Source of the DNA: Candidatus Saccharimonadota bacterium
GTDB taxonomy: Bacteria; Patescibacteriota; Patescibacteriia; 2-12-FULL-60-25
DNA: 32,000 nucleotides
Direction of reading: 5' to 3'
NCBI GenBank assembly: GCA_022843095.1
Contig: JALHOH010000001.1
Coordinates: forward strand, 651,556-683,555
A model generated the notes under the pieces. The model was not told the origin of the DNA. It saw only the letters and a list, made by a program, of their open reading frames with translations, and did not search any database. Shown here piece by piece: positions 1-9,424 of the stretch. The translations under genes and the position numbers were made by a program. Numbering within the stretch: position 1 is the stretch's first letter; every line of letters starts with the position of its first letter.

Positions 1-219
1 TCGCGTGATCGTGAGGAACGCTCCTCCGGCCACGAGCACCATGCCACCGCTGATACCGACCGAGGATTCCGTGCTGACCGTGTAGGCCCCGGCAACAGGT
101 GGGGAGAAGACAAGCGCGACGCGCTGCGTGCTGGCTCCGACCACTTGTGAGGCGGAGGTGTCAACGGCAATTGGCCTGACTCGGCTGCTTCGTTTTGGGG
201 CGCCGCGCTCGCTCATCAT
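1..219 (-). CDS. hypothetical protein, N-terminal part only (gene runs off the window start)
   Basis: Reverse-strand frame opens at ATG 219..217 (MMSERGAPKRSSRVRPIAVDTSASQVVGASTQRVALVFSPPVAGAYTVSTESSVGISGGMVLVAGGAFLTITR) and stays open to position 1. Its ATG overlaps the TGA stop of the upstream gene (ATGA at 216-219). It is absent from the ORF track because it is not stop-bounded. No family recognised. Confidence 0.4.
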   Translation of the reverse strand, partial: MMSERGAPKRSSRVRPIAVDTSASQVVGASTQRVALVFSPPVAGAYTVSTESSVGISGGMVLVAGGAFLTITR

Positions 220-1028
220 CCCACCTGCGCCTTTCCGTTGTCCTTCGATCCGAGGTAGACGACCTGCAGCGCGCCTGTGAAGTTGATGATGGTCGCCGAG
301 GTCACCGCGAACATCTCGAGTCGAGGGGGCGAATACGATTCGAATCGCCCCCACTCCCCCAACGACCCGTCGTAGAACACATCGGCGGTACGTTGTCCGG
401 CTGCTTCTGTGCCGATTGTTCCGGGCCGCAGCACTTGATTGTCGAACGTCAGGCGGGCGGAGAGCACGCCTGCTCCTTGCAGTTCCAGCCCAATGACGGC
501 GTATGTGCCGGCTGCCAGGGTATCCTCGAACGTAAAGGTCGCGCTCTGCCACTGGAACGGATTGGTGGCGACGCTCGCTTGGGTGCCGGAGAACCGCACC
601 CAGTACCGCGGCCCAGTGGGGGCAGCGACGTACTTGTCCTGCAACATCAGGAACGCGTACGTGGTGAGGCCTGGTCCGGTCCCTGCGGCCTCGACCTGGA
701 TCTCTTCCTGACGTCCGAGAGTGATGTTGGAAAACACAGCGACGTTCGGGTCTGTGGGCACAACAAACGCTGGCGCAGTACCCAGGCTCAGTGCGGTCGG
801 TACGACCTGAATGTTTGCGATCTTGCGTACCTGTGGTGTGCTGATCCGGGCCGCAACAATGGGAGTCTCCCCGATCACGAACGCACCGATGAGATCCATC
901 GGCATCGTCGTGAGCAGGCGATTGTTCGTGATCTGCATCTGGTTCTCGTTCAGCCCAGCGGCAGAGAGATTGGCGTATGCGTTGGGGGCTCCTGCCGAGC
1001 CAGAGTATGCGCCGACGTGAAATGGCAT
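216..1028 (-). CDS. hypothetical beta-rich protein (270 aa); function unknown
   Basis: ORF 216..1082 (-). I prefer the internal ATG at 1028 (MPFHVGAYSG...) because GGGAGG lies 6 nt upstream. The composition is natural (T/V/G/A-rich, few Arg), unlike the Arg-rich antisense ORF 195..1034 (+). No catalytic motif seen. Confidence 0.6.
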   Translation of the reverse strand: MPFHVGAYSGSAGAPNAYANLSAAGLNENQMQITNNRLLTTMPMDLIGAFVIGETPIVAARISTPQVRKIANIQVVPTALSLGTAPAFVVPTDPNVAVFSNITLGRQEEIQVEAAGTGPGLTTYAFLMLQDKYVAAPTGPRYWVRFSGTQASVATNPFQWQSATFTFEDTLAAGTYAVIGLELQGAGVLSARLTFDNQVLRPGTIGTEAAGQRTADVFYDGSLGEWGRFESYSPPRLEMFAVTSATIINFTGALQVVYLGSKDNGKAQVG

Positions 1029-1401
1029 TCGTGACCTCCCGTGAGTTTCATCAATCGTCCGCGACGGCACGACGCAAGTCAACGCACTCGGGTAGCAAAC
1101 CGGCCGCGAGTCATGCCGAGTAACGTCTCGGTGTTTGGTATGATTGCCTGCAGGATCAAAGCAAAGCAGTCCGAGTTATTCCGGGGGTTGCTGCATAAGC
1201 ATGGACAATGCGGATGCTGGATTGGGCACCGGAGAGCGACCGCTCATTCGTGAAAAATCGACCCGTCTCAGCGCGAAACACGAAGATTGAAGTCATGCTC
1301 GCCGCGTTGACGTGATTCGTGAATCAATTCTCGCGGCTTATCACAACGATGATGATGCTCGACACATTGTCAGGAACCTACTCGTGTGCTAGGGCCAGCC
1401 A

Positions 1402-1896
1402 ATGATTGTTACGCTGCGGCGTTTGGCTCCGTTAGTTTGCGTGTTTGTCGGCTGCGCCTCTCCGACCCCGGTCGGCGATTCCTCTGTTGATTCCGCAGCG
1501 GTTGACGCTGCACCAGAGGATGTGAGCGCGCAGCTTCAGTTTCAGCGGAACCTGGAGCGGGGAACCTGGTCGCGCATGCACCCAACGCTCAACATCGTCT
1601 ACCGCTACGAGTTTCGCGGTGGGCGCGTGAGCCGCGTGCGTGACTGGATGATGTCGGCCTGCCTCGAGCGCACCACGTTCGAGGGTCTGTATACGCTCCT
1701 CGCTAACTTGCTCACCGTGCGGTTCGAAACTGGAACGATCGAGCGTACAGGCTGCAGCATGGCCCAAGAGAACCAACCGCTCACGCCGCTGCCGGCCGAA
1801 GCGATCACGATGGCGAACCATACCGCGACCCTGCGAATCACGGGTGACACGCTCACGCTCACCCGCGACGGTATGGACGAAGTCTACACGCGCTGA
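1402..1896 (+). CDS. putative lipoprotein
   Basis: N-terminus MIVTLRRLAPLVCVFVGCASPTP has a basic n-region, a hydrophobic core and a lipobox-like FVGC. The rest has no recognisable motif. Confidence 0.6.
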   Translation: MIVTLRRLAPLVCVFVGCASPTPVGDSSVDSAAVDAAPEDVSAQLQFQRNLERGTWSRMHPTLNIVYRYEFRGGRVSRVRDWMMSACLERTTFEGLYTLLANLLTVRFETGTIERTGCSMAQENQPLTPLPAEAITMANHTATLRITGDTLTLTRDGMDEVYTR

Positions 1897-2179
1897 GGTC
1901 TGGGCGGCCGCCGACTTCGCCGACGCTACACGATGAGTGAGCGACCTCGTCGCCCGAAGTTCTGGGACTGTTGGATCCACGACAATCTTCCCCCTGGTGC
2001 CACTGCGTTGTTGGCGGAACGAACCACGCGACGAATTTGTGTGCGCGGCATAGGATCGCGCGACGCAGCGCGTGTCGATCGATCCATGCTTTCGCTCTAT
2101 TGCTCGAGCAGCACTCACCACCCTTTCCTCAACGTCTCCTCATGGGATCTGACGCTCCCGCTCGCGCCCTTCAACAACC

Positions 2180-2626
2180 ATGACGAACGCAGAACTGAAA
2201 CGCGCCATCGGCGCGCTCGCGCAGGATCTCGCAGACAAAGTGATCGCCGCCTTGATCACGCTGCCGCTTCGATCTCTCGCAAGCAACGCTGATCGCGCCA
2301 CGGTCACGCCGCGGGATGCGGCAGCACCCGGCCGTCCCTCAGCCCGGCGCCGGGAAACGCGCCGCCCGACCCGCGCGACTCGCTCGAAGTCCACGAAGCG
2401 ATCGGCGACACGCCCGCTCGACAAAGAAGTGCTCGCAGTGCTCCAACACAGCAAAGAGTGGATGACAGGGGAACTGATCAAGCGAGAACTCCGCGAAGCG
2501 CCCGACCGTCAGGTGCTCTCCCTCACGCTCCGAGCGATGCACAACGACGGCCTCGTCGTGAAGCGGGGAGCGACGCGCGCCACTGAATACCAAGTCACGA
2601 GGAAGGGGCTCGAAACCAGCGTGTAG
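2180..2626 (+). CDS. small DNA-binding protein: basic linker plus C-terminal winged-helix-like domain
   Basis: 148 aa. It has an N-terminal helix, an Arg/Lys/Ser/Thr-rich low-complexity middle (RRRETRRPTRATRSKSTKRSATR) and a C-terminal segment VLAVLQHSKEWMTGELIKRELREAPDRQVLSLTLRAMHNDGLVVKRGATRATEYQVTRKG. That segment fits a MarR/PadR-style helix-turn-helix plus wing. Family not resolved. Confidence 0.55.
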   Translation: MTNAELKRAIGALAQDLADKVIAALITLPLRSLASNADRATVTPRDAAAPGRPSARRRETRRPTRATRSKSTKRSATRPLDKEVLAVLQHSKEWMTGELIKRELREAPDRQVLSLTLRAMHNDGLVVKRGATRATEYQVTRKGLETSV

Positions 2627-2785
2627 CGACGGAACGACGTCTCTCGCCCGACCCAAGAGCCGAGCGCTTGGCGATCCCCGAGACGGCTGAACAGGGCGAC
2701 GCGCCTTCCCACGCTCAAGTGCGACTCGAGTAACGAGCTGAGTGTCTAGCCGCAGCGCTCGCTTCTGTCGTTGCCGCAAAGGGGG

Positions 2786-3748
2786 TCACTCGATCACGTC
2801 GAGCGCCTCTGCCGGAATCGACGTGAACAGCGCGCTGCGCAACCGCCTCGCCCTGTCGTGCTGGTAGTCGAGTTCGTGTGCCCGAAGCTCCGCGATGATC
2901 CGAGCGAGTGCGCGCGCTGTGGGGTACGCCATCTCTTCCGGCATCGCGCGCAAGAACGACTCGACGGACTCCAAGAGATTGTAGTCGTCCCAGATATGCA
3001 GCTCGAGCATATCGACGAACACGGCGTCCCATGCGGATGCCGCGGTGAGGTCGAGGTAGGAGCGTTCGATCGAGGCGCACACCATCGCCATGTCCGAGCC
3101 CGAGTCGTCGACGTGTTCCATACACTCGAAGATCGCGGTGAGCGCGCACCGATGAAGCGCCAGGAGCTTGTAGGTGCACCGTGCGCGGCGACTTTCGCGC
3201 TCGACGACTCCTTCGATTGTGTGTGCGAGGAACGAGACCCCCGACCATTCGCACGTCTGCGCGTCGCGTATGAGCGGAGCGAAAAGCGCTTCATACCTCG
3301 CCGGGTTGACTGGAAACTGCGCCCAGTGACCACGCAGCGCTCGTTGCGCGAGCATACGCTTCGGAGGGTTCATCATCGCCTTCGTCTTGGTGTGGGGCCC
3401 ATCGCGCCACACCCGCTTCATCGCCTTCCTCTTCAGCCATTCGCTCGCACGTTCTTCGCCATCGAGGACCTCCGCGGGCGTCATCGCGAGCGCGGAGAGG
3501 CGTGCCTGCAGGTCATCGATCTGCGCGATCAGCGCCTCGGCGGCGACACTCTCGTTGCGCTTCTTCGAGCGAGCGCGAAACTCTGCGCGCATGCCGGCAA
3601 GTCCGTTGTGCGTGTCTAGCGCAAGGCGCAACAGCCAGCGATCCCAGTGACAGAAGGCGACGCCGTTCATCTCGCACCACGGCTCTGCGCCCGAGCGCGG
3701 AGCGTCGTCGAGGGGCCGTTCGGTCTCGCGCGTCGCGGGGCGAGTCAC
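2786..3748 (-). CDS. hypothetical protein (320 aa)
   Basis: Long ORF with balanced composition, downstream of and co-oriented with the SbcC-like gene (148-nt gap). The start is uncertain: GTG at 3748 has no SD, and an alternative ATG lies at 3670 (MNGVAFCHWDRW). No motif recognised. Confidence 0.55.
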   Translation of the reverse strand: MTRPATRETERPLDDAPRSGAEPWCEMNGVAFCHWDRWLLRLALDTHNGLAGMRAEFRARSKKRNESVAAEALIAQIDDLQARLSALAMTPAEVLDGEERASEWLKRKAMKRVWRDGPHTKTKAMMNPPKRMLAQRALRGHWAQFPVNPARYEALFAPLIRDAQTCEWSGVSFLAHTIEGVVERESRRARCTYKLLALHRCALTAIFECMEHVDDSGSDMAMVCASIERSYLDLTAASAWDAVFVDMLELHIWDDYNLLESVESFLRAMPEEMAYPTARALARIIAELRAHELDYQHDRARRLRSALFTSIPAEALDVIE

Positions 3749-3896
3749 GAAGGCGAACGTTATCGCACTTCGGCGCTGGATTCGCGCTCGCTCGCCACGT
3801 CGCTACTTCTGGCAAAGATGAGGGTGAGTCTTCGCTTTTCGCAACGCCACACTCCAACCATCGAACGGCGATGGCTGCGCTGCTCCCGTGGATTCG

Positions 3897-6800
3897 TCAC
3901 GTTGGTGTCCCGGTGTGGTTGTTGGAGAGCGCGAACCGATGTTCGGTCCACGATCCCGGAGCGAGAGAGCTGCGCGCGAGATCGAGATTTCGTTCGTGGT
4001 GCGTAAGCAGCAGAATTTGGGTCGTCCGGGCGAACTCTGCGAGCACTTCGAGGCCTGCGCGTGCGCGTTCATCGTCGAAGTGGATGAAGATGTCGTCGAG
4101 CACCAACGGCATCGGTTCTTGCGCGCCGAGGTGCTGCTCGAGGCTCGCGAGGCGCAGCGAAAGGTAGAGCTGATCGAGCGTACCGTCGCTCAGGCCATGC
4201 TTGACGTCGATCATTTCACTGCCGCGCGCGCAAATCAGCTTCGCCCGATCTCCTTCGTACTCGACGTGTAGGCCTTGGTAGCGCCCGAGCGTTAGCCGCT
4301 CGAACAGCGCGCCCGCCCGGCGAAGAATCGCGCCTTCGTTCTTCTGGCGGTAGTTCTCGATCGCTTTGCGAAGCAGTGCGCTGCCGAGTCGGAGCCGTGC
4401 GTATCGCTCCGCATCCGCTCGTGCGTGCGCGAGCAACTGATGCGCCTCGCCGAGCACGACCGCCGCGTCGTCGGACCCGGAGAATCTCTTCTTTCGCTCT
4501 TCGAGTGCGCCCTGCGCCTTGTGGTGCTCGTCATGCTCGGATTCGAGCGCCTTCAAGCCTTCGTCGAGCGCGGCCATCGACGCAGAAAGCTGGTCGCTGT
4601 CTGTATCTCTCGCTGCTTCTTCGAGAGCTTCCAGCGACCAGCCTTCGCCAACGTCGGCGAGGTGCTTCTCTGCATCGACCTTGCGCGCCTCGATTTGTCT
4701 CGCTTGGTTCGTGCGACTGATCTCGACGTCGAGTTCGGCAAGGTCGCGACACCCAACGCTCTGCAGCAGCGCGTCGAGTCGCTGCCGGGCGGTATTCAAC
4801 GCAAGCGCCGCGTCTTCGTGTTCTCGTGCGAGATTCACGATTTGTTCGTCGATCGTCCGTCGACGCTCGGCGTTCTTCGTGGCAGTCGTGTGAAGTCGAT
4901 CGAGCGCGTCTGCGCGTTCGATCGAAGTGCCGGTAAGTGCGGGCGCGAGTTCATCTACGAGCGCCTTCACGGCAGCATCGAATTTCGCCATTTCCTTCTC
5001 GATCGCTCGGAGCCGCGCCTCCTGGCGCTCGCAGCTCGCCTCCAAGCGAAAGATCTCTGCGAGTCCGTCCATCACAACGTGCGCTTGCTCAATGAGGGCA
5101 TCCTCTGGGAGCCGGAGCTTCGCCACGGCTTCGCGCCACAAGTTGCGCCACGCCGCCTGCTCGTTTTGGTACTGCACGAGCTGCTCCTCGATCTCCTCGA
5201 GCTGTCTCTGGTCGTTGCTGAGGTTGTGTTGGAGGAGCTTGCGGGACTCGTCACGCGCACTGGCCGTCTTCAGCGTCTGCTCTGCATGCACGAGTAGCGC
5301 GAGCCACGACATCGTGCCCGGTGACGCATCAGCGATGTTCAGTGCGTGCTCGATCGTGTGCGTTTGTTCTTGCATCGTCGCGCGCAGGGCCTCGAGCTTC
5401 GCGGCGCGTTCGTTGCGGCGATGCGCTTGCTCGACGATCGCCGAGTGCTCTGCGCGCCAACGGAGCATGTCGCGTGGACGCAACGGTTCGAAGCCGCACG
5501 CGAGCCAAAGTCGCCGCCACTCATCGTTGCGCTGCTGAATGCGCTCGTCGATCTCGTGCAACTCGCGCTGGCACGCGACGAGCTCCGAGGCGAGCGCTTC
5601 CTCGGTTCGTCGAAACCCGAGTAGCTCTGCAGCCCGCCGCGCATCGCGGTTGAGCTCGTCGGCGAGTTCGTCGGCGGAGCGCACGCTCGCGACGTACTCC
5701 ATCTCCAGTGACTCGCCGGGATGTGTCTCGGGGTCTGGGAGCGAGGGGGCGACTCCCGACCTCCAGGCAATCAGAACGCGTCGCCATACGCGCTCGCGGA
5801 GGGATCGTGCGTTCGCAACCCGTTCTACGGACGATGGCTCGCCCGCTGCGACGACGGACGAGATGCTGGAACGAATGTCAGTCAGCTTCAGCTCGCACGC
5901 GCCGATGCGCTTGGTGATCTCGTTCCGTGAGCGTTCCTCGTGCTCGAAGGTCCGGTCGAAGTCGCGGATGACATCTTCTGGAAGGACAGGTAGCGCGAGC
6001 GCTTCGGTCAGCGCGCCACGCCACGGGGCGAGCTTGGGGAGGGCGGCGCCACAACCAGCATCGAGCTCCGCGAGCTGAGTCTCTGCCTCCCGCACGTTGT
6101 CCGCGAGCCTCTTGTCTGGTCGCAAGTACTCCCAGATCGCGCGGAGCGCTGTCGTGTCTTGGGGCTTTGCTTGCGCAGTGAGGTCATCGAGCTGCCGCGC
6201 GACAAGCGAGCGTTTCTTTCTGCCGCTCTCGAGCAACAACTGCAGACTCGACTGCCGCTTGAGTTCCTCTTGCGCGAGGGAGCGAACGCGGGCGAGCGAC
6301 GCGTCGTCGATTCTCTCGTTGCCCAGGTTGCGAGTGTCGACGTCCCCCCAGCCGATTCTACGTAGGTGCTCCCGCTGCTCGTTGCGATAGGTGATGATTT
6401 CCTTCTGAACGCCGGGATAGTCCCGTTGCTCCGTCTTGTGCTTGCCGAGGTGTTCGACCAACGAACGGATGCGAATGCTCGCACCGACGATCGCTTCGTT
6501 AACCTCCAGTTCATCGCGATCTCGTGACGCTCGTTCGAGCGCTCTGCTCGTGCGGAGACAGGTCTCTTCGGCGTGTTCGACGGCGAGCTCGAGCTGGTTG
6601 CGTTGGTGCTCGATGTCTCGTGGCAGTCGTGCTTGTTCCCCCACGGCCAAGAGTTCGCGTTGTGCCGCCTCGCGGAGCCGAAGCCACGGCAACGCTCGCA
6701 GCAATCGCTCGAGACGGTGGCGTTCGGCACGGCAACGCGCCTTCTCGTCGATCAGTTGTTGCTGCTTCACGGTTGCCGCGTCGATCTCGCTCGAGATCGA

Positions 6801-7421
6801 GAGCCAGTCCTTCGGCGGGGCCGCGAGTGCCTTCATGCGGGCAAGCCGTTCGCGGTAGGCGACGAGCGACTTGGTGATCGACCCTGCGTTTCCGCCGGAC
6901 GAAAGGAGCTTCTCTGCGTCTGCGTCGAGGCGCTGAAGCGTTCGGTGGAGCGTCGTGCCGTCGAGCGATGCGCCGAAGAGCATCTTGCCGAGGTCTGTCT
7001 TCGGATCGGCGAGCGCTGCGCCAGCGTGACGGAGTTGCTCGTGGCTGAGGCCAAACATCTGCTCGAAGTGTTTGCGATCACTGATGCTGAGCCAGGCCCT
7101 GAGTACGGCCTCGTCGACGTTTGCCTCCTTCGAGTCAAGCAACGTGGCGCGGTTGCCTTTCTTGCGGACGAACGTGCGTGTGTCCCCATTGGAGTGGAGG
7201 AGTGTTGCGCCGATACGAAGCTCGCTCATTGCGTGCAGGTGCGCGTCGCTGGTCTGCGTCTCGATTCCGTAGAAAAAGCCGGTGATCGCTCGGAGCGTTG
7301 TGCTCTTGCCGGCCTCGTTGGGGCCGTACACGATGTGAAAGTTCGGGCCGGCGGCGAGGAACTCTAGCGACCGACGCGTGAACGGGCCGTACGCGAGCAG
7401 ATCAAGACGGAGAAGCTTCAC
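3897..7421 (-). CDS. SbcC/Rad50-like coiled-coil ATPase (YhaN/AAA_27-type), 1174 aa
   Basis: N-terminal MKLLRLDLLAYGPFTRRSLEF...IVYGPNEAGKSTTLRAI carries the Walker A. A very long charged helical middle follows. The C-terminal LSDGTLDQLYLSLRLA is a signature-like motif, and PLVLDDIFIHFDDERARAGLEVLAEFARTTQILLLTHH gives the Walker B and H-loop. I saw no CxxC zinc hook in the coiled coil. The GTG start overlaps the stop of the upstream nuclease gene (GTGA at 7418-7421). Confidence 0.9.
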   Translation of the reverse strand: MKLLRLDLLAYGPFTRRSLEFLAAGPNFHIVYGPNEAGKSTTLRAITGFFYGIETQTSDAHLHAMSELRIGATLLHSNGDTRTFVRKKGNRATLLDSKEANVDEAVLRAWLSISDRKHFEQMFGLSHEQLRHAGAALADPKTDLGKMLFGASLDGTTLHRTLQRLDADAEKLLSSGGNAGSITKSLVAYRERLARMKALAAPPKDWLSISSEIDAATVKQQQLIDEKARCRAERHRLERLLRALPWLRLREAAQRELLAVGEQARLPRDIEHQRNQLELAVEHAEETCLRTSRALERASRDRDELEVNEAIVGASIRIRSLVEHLGKHKTEQRDYPGVQKEIITYRNEQREHLRRIGWGDVDTRNLGNERIDDASLARVRSLAQEELKRQSSLQLLLESGRKKRSLVARQLDDLTAQAKPQDTTALRAIWEYLRPDKRLADNVREAETQLAELDAGCGAALPKLAPWRGALTEALALPVLPEDVIRDFDRTFEHEERSRNEITKRIGACELKLTDIRSSISSVVAAGEPSSVERVANARSLRERVWRRVLIAWRSGVAPSLPDPETHPGESLEMEYVASVRSADELADELNRDARRAAELLGFRRTEEALASELVACQRELHEIDERIQQRNDEWRRLWLACGFEPLRPRDMLRWRAEHSAIVEQAHRRNERAAKLEALRATMQEQTHTIEHALNIADASPGTMSWLALLVHAEQTLKTASARDESRKLLQHNLSNDQRQLEEIEEQLVQYQNEQAAWRNLWREAVAKLRLPEDALIEQAHVVMDGLAEIFRLEASCERQEARLRAIEKEMAKFDAAVKALVDELAPALTGTSIERADALDRLHTTATKNAERRRTIDEQIVNLAREHEDAALALNTARQRLDALLQSVGCRDLAELDVEISRTNQARQIEARKVDAEKHLADVGEGWSLEALEEAARDTDSDQLSASMAALDEGLKALESEHDEHHKAQGALEERKKRFSGSDDAAVVLGEAHQLLAHARADAERYARLRLGSALLRKAIENYRQKNEGAILRRAGALFERLTLGRYQGLHVEYEGDRAKLICARGSEMIDVKHGLSDGTLDQLYLSLRLASLEQHLGAQEPMPLVLDDIFIHFDDERARAGLEVLAEFARTTQILLLTHHERNLDLARSSLAPGSWTEHRFALSNNHTGTPT

Positions 7422-8674
7422 GGCGTTTCTCCGCTGTCGAGCAGCATCGGGACGAGAAGTTGTTCGACCTCTGCGAGCGCATCTCGCACGGCGCTCGCCG
7501 TATCGAATGCGGGGCGATCGTCGGCGGGCACCGCAGCGAACTTCTGCTGCATGGGGGAGAGCTCGGCCACGAGCGCGTCGAGCGCCGCAGGGTCTTCACG
7601 CTGCGCAGCGATCGTACGAAGCAACTCGCCGAGTGGGGTCGGCTGTCGTCGTAGCTCCTCGATGTCGATCGGCGCTCGCGTGTCGAAGATCACTTTCTCG
7701 ACCCACAGCGCTTCGAGTTCCGCCGCCCTCGCGCGGATCTCGGTTGCGTAGTGCTCGGAGCTCGCGATCAGTTCGCGGTGCGCTGGCGTTGCACCAAAGA
7801 GTCGTACGCGAACTGCGAGGGGCGTCGCCGCCTCGGTTCGGCGAAGCGCCTCGAGGCTCGCGAAGACGAGGTCGACCGCGTGCTGTGCGTTCTGCGCGTG
7901 ATCGAGAGCAACCTCACGCAAGTACCACCGCATCACGTCGAGCGAGCGAGCGTCGAGGGTTGCCTGGCGATCAGCGACCGTGACGAGTGTCGCTCCTTTG
8001 GGACCGGTTTCGCGAATGTGTCTGCCCTGAAGATTGCCAGGAAAAACGACGAATGGGTCGCTTCGGAGCACTTGACGCCGGTGCACGTGTCCGAGCGCCC
8101 AGTAGTCGTAGCCTCGATCGACGAGGCCTTGGATGGCGCATGGTGCGTAGACCGCGTGTTCCTTCGCGCTTCCGTCGGCGCTCGTGTGGAGCAGGCCGAT
8201 ATTGAACATGCCGTTGGCTGGCGGCGGGTACTTCGACGAGAGATCGTGCTGGACGTCGGCGTTTGCGTAGCTCTGTCCGTGCAGCGCGACGCCATGCTCC
8301 GCCAAGATGATCGTCTCGGGCTTCGAAGCGGAGAACTCGCGGACGTTCGACGGTAGTTGAAGTGACTTTGTCATCGAGTTCACCGCATCGTGGTTGCCGC
8401 GCACGATGAAGACTCGAATCTCGCGCTCCTTGAGTCGAAGCATCTGCTGGTTGAAGAAGAGCCCCGTGTTGAAGTCCTTCCAGTCTCCGTCGAAGAGGTC
8501 TCCGACAATCAGCAAGAAGGCGACCTTCTCATCAATGCAGCAGTCGACGAGACGGACGAACGCCTGCCGAGTCGCGCTGCGGATCTCTGCCGATGGTGCG
8601 CCGTCGTATCGCTCGAGGCCTTTCAGCGGGCTGTCGAGGTGAATGTCGGCGGAGTGCATGAACTTGAAGGTCAC
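7418..8674 (-). CDS. SbcD/Mre11-like metallophosphoesterase nuclease (YhaO-type)
   Basis: (V)TFKFMHSADIHLDSPLKG is calcineurin-like motif I. FLLIVGDLFDG is motif II (GDxxD). VFIVRGNHD is motif III (GNHD). GLLHTS and WALGHVH are the later His motifs. I chose the GTG at 8674 (or ATG 8659) because the 5' extension to 8842 has visibly poorer third-position GC and no protein-like sequence. Confidence 0.9.
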   Translation of the reverse strand: MTFKFMHSADIHLDSPLKGLERYDGAPSAEIRSATRQAFVRLVDCCIDEKVAFLLIVGDLFDGDWKDFNTGLFFNQQMLRLKEREIRVFIVRGNHDAVNSMTKSLQLPSNVREFSASKPETIILAEHGVALHGQSYANADVQHDLSSKYPPPANGMFNIGLLHTSADGSAKEHAVYAPCAIQGLVDRGYDYWALGHVHRRQVLRSDPFVVFPGNLQGRHIRETGPKGATLVTVADRQATLDARSLDVMRWYLREVALDHAQNAQHAVDLVFASLEALRRTEAATPLAVRVRLFGATPAHRELIASSEHYATEIRARAAELEALWVEKVIFDTRAPIDIEELRRQPTPLGELLRTIAAQREDPAALDALVAELSPMQQKFAAVPADDRPAFDTASAVRDALAEVEQLLVPMLLDSGETP

Positions 8675-8912
8675 GTGCTTCTCTTGCCTTTCCACTACAC
8701 GAAGCGTTGCAGCGACCCTCGCGAGACGCAGGAGGAAGTCGGAAGTTGCGCACCGAATCCCCCCATGATGTCGTTGCGATCGAGCGCTGTCGGGAGCGAA
8801 TAGTGTCACGAAAGCGTCCGCAGATACATCCATCCAGCGCAATCTCGTGCGCGTGGTCTGCCGCGAGGCGTCTCTTGAAATGAGCCCGTATTCCGCTCAA
8901 AGTCACATGGAT

Positions 8913-9314
8913 TCAAGGCGCGATCTCGCACTCGATCACGATGTCGTGCACTGATCTGGCAAGCAGTGCGAACGTAGCATCTATCTGTTCGTTTTGCGCT
9001 GACGGAGCCGAGTAGCGCAGCTGCGGCAGCACGAGGCACACACAGCCAGCAGCGCGCGCGGCGCAGAGAAGCGCATCGAGGTCTCGGGTGGTCATCGGCG
9101 CGTCTCCGACCAGGAGAATCGTGGGCGGGTCGGTCTGGAGAACTGCGAGTGCTGCCGCGATCGTCGCGTAGACGTTGACTACCTTCACCCACGACTCACG
9201 CTCGAACACGGAGCAAAGCGACGTGCGCGCAACATCGCGCTGATCGAGAACTCCAATTGTATGTCGTCTGCTCTCTGGCATCACTCGTCTGTTATCGTTT
9301 CGCTGGGAGATCAT
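8913..9314 (-). CDS. single-domain receiver (CheY-like) protein, possibly degenerate
   Basis: The alternating beta/alpha pattern TIGVLDQRDVARTSL...VVNVYATIAAALAVLQTDPPTILLVGDAPMTTRDLDALLCAARAAGCVCLVLP resembles a REC domain. DQ replaces the acidic DD pair, and an Asp sits at the expected phospho-acceptor position (LLVGD). The assignment is by pattern only. Confidence 0.45.
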   Translation of the reverse strand: MISQRNDNRRVMPESRRHTIGVLDQRDVARTSLCSVFERESWVKVVNVYATIAAALAVLQTDPPTILLVGDAPMTTRDLDALLCAARAAGCVCLVLPQLRYSAPSAQNEQIDATFALLARSVHDIVIECEIAP

Positions 9315-9424
9315 ACTCCTTGGTCTTGCGTCTCGTTGCGCAGCGCGCTCACACGTTCACGCAGGGGTGACCATCACAGGAGCCCCACGCGAATGCTTCA
9401 TGCTCAGCGCGGGGTCGCGTTGAG

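Noticed and set aside
1313-1326. Short palindrome TGATTC-GT-GAATCA next to a TTGACG hexamer upstream of the lipoprotein gene. Also ATCGAT-N8-ATCGAT with tandem CGATTG at about 17680-17700, and GAATTCAAGAAATTC at about 19057.
   Set aside because: These 6-bp arms are too short to distinguish from chance. No matching -10 element lies at a proper distance. There are no additional copies in the window.
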